Below are positions 62,386-64,000 of a stretch of 64,000 nucleotides of DNA, in pieces. Every line of letters starts with the position of its first letter. Within the stretch, counting starts at the first letter, position 1. The position numbers were made by a program, and so were the translations under genes. The DNA lies in NCBI GenBank assembly GCA_002269645.1, contig NIVC01001863.1:62001-126000 (forward strand), written 5' to 3'. Source of the DNA: Macrostomum lignano. Its lineage: Eukaryota. The notes beneath the pieces are model-generated. The model made no database searches and was not told where the DNA came from. It saw nothing but the letters and a program-made list of their open reading frames with translations.

Positions 62386-62805
62386 TTAAAGTGACAATTT
62401 TCTGGTAGCTAGATCAGAGGAGTGACATTGGGAGACAGCCCAGTACGCCAAAGTTCAAAATAAAGATGTAAATTTCGCAAAGTTCGCTAAGCAGTGTTTC
62501 AAAAGATAAAACTGCCGAGAATCTGGTCTCACTCGCGGGCTGCTGAATCAACTCCAAAAGAGCAGCCCTGTGTGTTTAATTGCTTTTTCACAGGCAGGAA
62601 CAGAAAGTCCATGCACTGCTTCAGAGTATGTTATGTACACATTTTACATCAGAAGAATATTGATTGGCACGGGTGCCATAGAGATGGTAGCAAAGTCTTG
62701 ATTTACTAGATAGCGATAAAGTCTTTGTCATTACATCTGGTAGGCTAATAGGTGACAGTGTACAGACATACAGACCTCTGGAATGAACATTGAGTTTGTA
62801 AGCAC

Positions 62806-63085
62806 GGGATACTCTGTCACGGGATGTTCTGTCACGGGATACTCTGTCACGGGATATTCTGTCACGGGATATTCTGTTACGGGATATTCTGTCACGGGAT
62901 GTTCTGTCGCGGGATACTCTGTCACGGGATATTCTGTCACGGGATACTCTGTCACGGGATATTCTGTCACGGGATATTCTGTCACGGGGTATTCAGTCAC
63001 GGGATATTCTGTCGCGGGATATTCTGTCACGGGATATTCTGTCACGGGATATTCTGTCACGGGATATTCAGTTACGGGATATTAC
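62806..63085. repeat. 15-bp minisatellite ACGGGATATTCTGTC downstream of the LMO stop
   Basis: Read directly. Confidence 0.96.
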
Positions 63086-63243
63086 GGGGCTCACAAATTG
63101 TGCCGAGGCAACAGCTGATGGGTGACAAAATCATATTTCGAAATTGTTTCATGAGATCATAAATCATAAGGATTGCTACGGTAGCTACAGCAATTATCAT
63201 ATTTAATATCAGGTTCCAGCTAATTAGCATAATTAATGAGCTG

Positions 63244-63655
63244 TCAGCACACGGGCTGCAGCGGCGGCTGCTGCTTCTGTCCGCCGCCTCCGCCTTTCTT
63301 TTTGCCGCCTCCGCCTCGCTTCGACGTGGCCGGAGCCGCCGCAGCTGCCGTCTGGCTGCCGCCGCCGCTGCCGACACCGCCTGACGCCGCCGAAGCAGCC
63401 GTTCCCGTCGCCGCAGCCGCGGCGAACGCCTTGGCGAAGTCGCTCTCGCAGACTGGCAGCCCGCTGGGCAGCAGGGCGTAGCGGTCACCCGGCTGCAGCT
63501 GGCAGCGGCACTGCGAGCACACAAAGCACTGCACGTGGTACACCCGGCTTGAGCCTCCGCCGCCGCCTTCGCTGCTGGCTGACGAGCGCAGGACAAACTC
63601 GGTGGCGGAGATGTGCATCGAGCAGCCCGCGCAGGTTCCGTGGCTGCCGAACAGC
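63244..63655 (-). CDS. LMO4: LIM-only protein (LMO4-like), exon encoding LIM domain 2 and a low-complexity tail; upstream exon(s) outside the window
   Basis: Minus-strand TTCCACAG|G acceptor (phase 2), then [41 protein letters not shown], matching LMO4 RLFGNSGACSAC..ELVMR..VYHLKCFTCSTC..LVPGDRF..FCEHD; TGA at 63246-44. Subfamily assignment is less certain than family. Confidence 0.88.
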
Positions 63656-63674
63656 CTGTGGAATGGAGTTCAGG

Positions 63675-64000
<326 letters not shown>

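Noticed and set aside
61436-63162. DRSDIVLF and TEYPV repeat ORFs
   Set aside because: 24-bp and 15-bp units keep frames open automatically; no convincing splice signals or synonymous bias noticed.

Overview
Eukaryotic (animal) genomic DNA. Compact GC-rich exons, GT-AG introns and dense minisatellites suggest a free-living flatworm such as Macrostomum, but that identification is inference only. About 25 kb (~40%, summed by hand) is tandem repeat in ~28 arrays, including a 9.4-kb 18-bp minisatellite; these explain nearly all long ORFs in the track. Four genes are supported by protein similarity recalled from memory plus splice sites read from the sequence: a ZNF608/609/Scribbler-like gene (+, 2 coding exons, 826 aa), a TENT4/PAPD5-7 poly(A) polymerase (+, 3 exons, ~604 aa, with a 1-nt frameshift near 45067), an MCRS1-like gene (+, 2 exons, 408 aa) and the LIM2 exon of an LMO4-like gene (-, rest outside the window). 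A 180-bp hAT-type MITE with an 8-bp TSD and a possible Helitron lie in an AT-rich block. No CRISPR, rRNA or tRNA was seen, and no new biological system is demonstrated. The best leads are a possible Ala/Glu/Lys-repeat exon in phase with the LMO gene, the TENT4 frameshift, splice acceptors in the 5' UTRs of all three + strand genes (possible SL trans-splicing), and minisatellites apparently seeded from local functional sequence.
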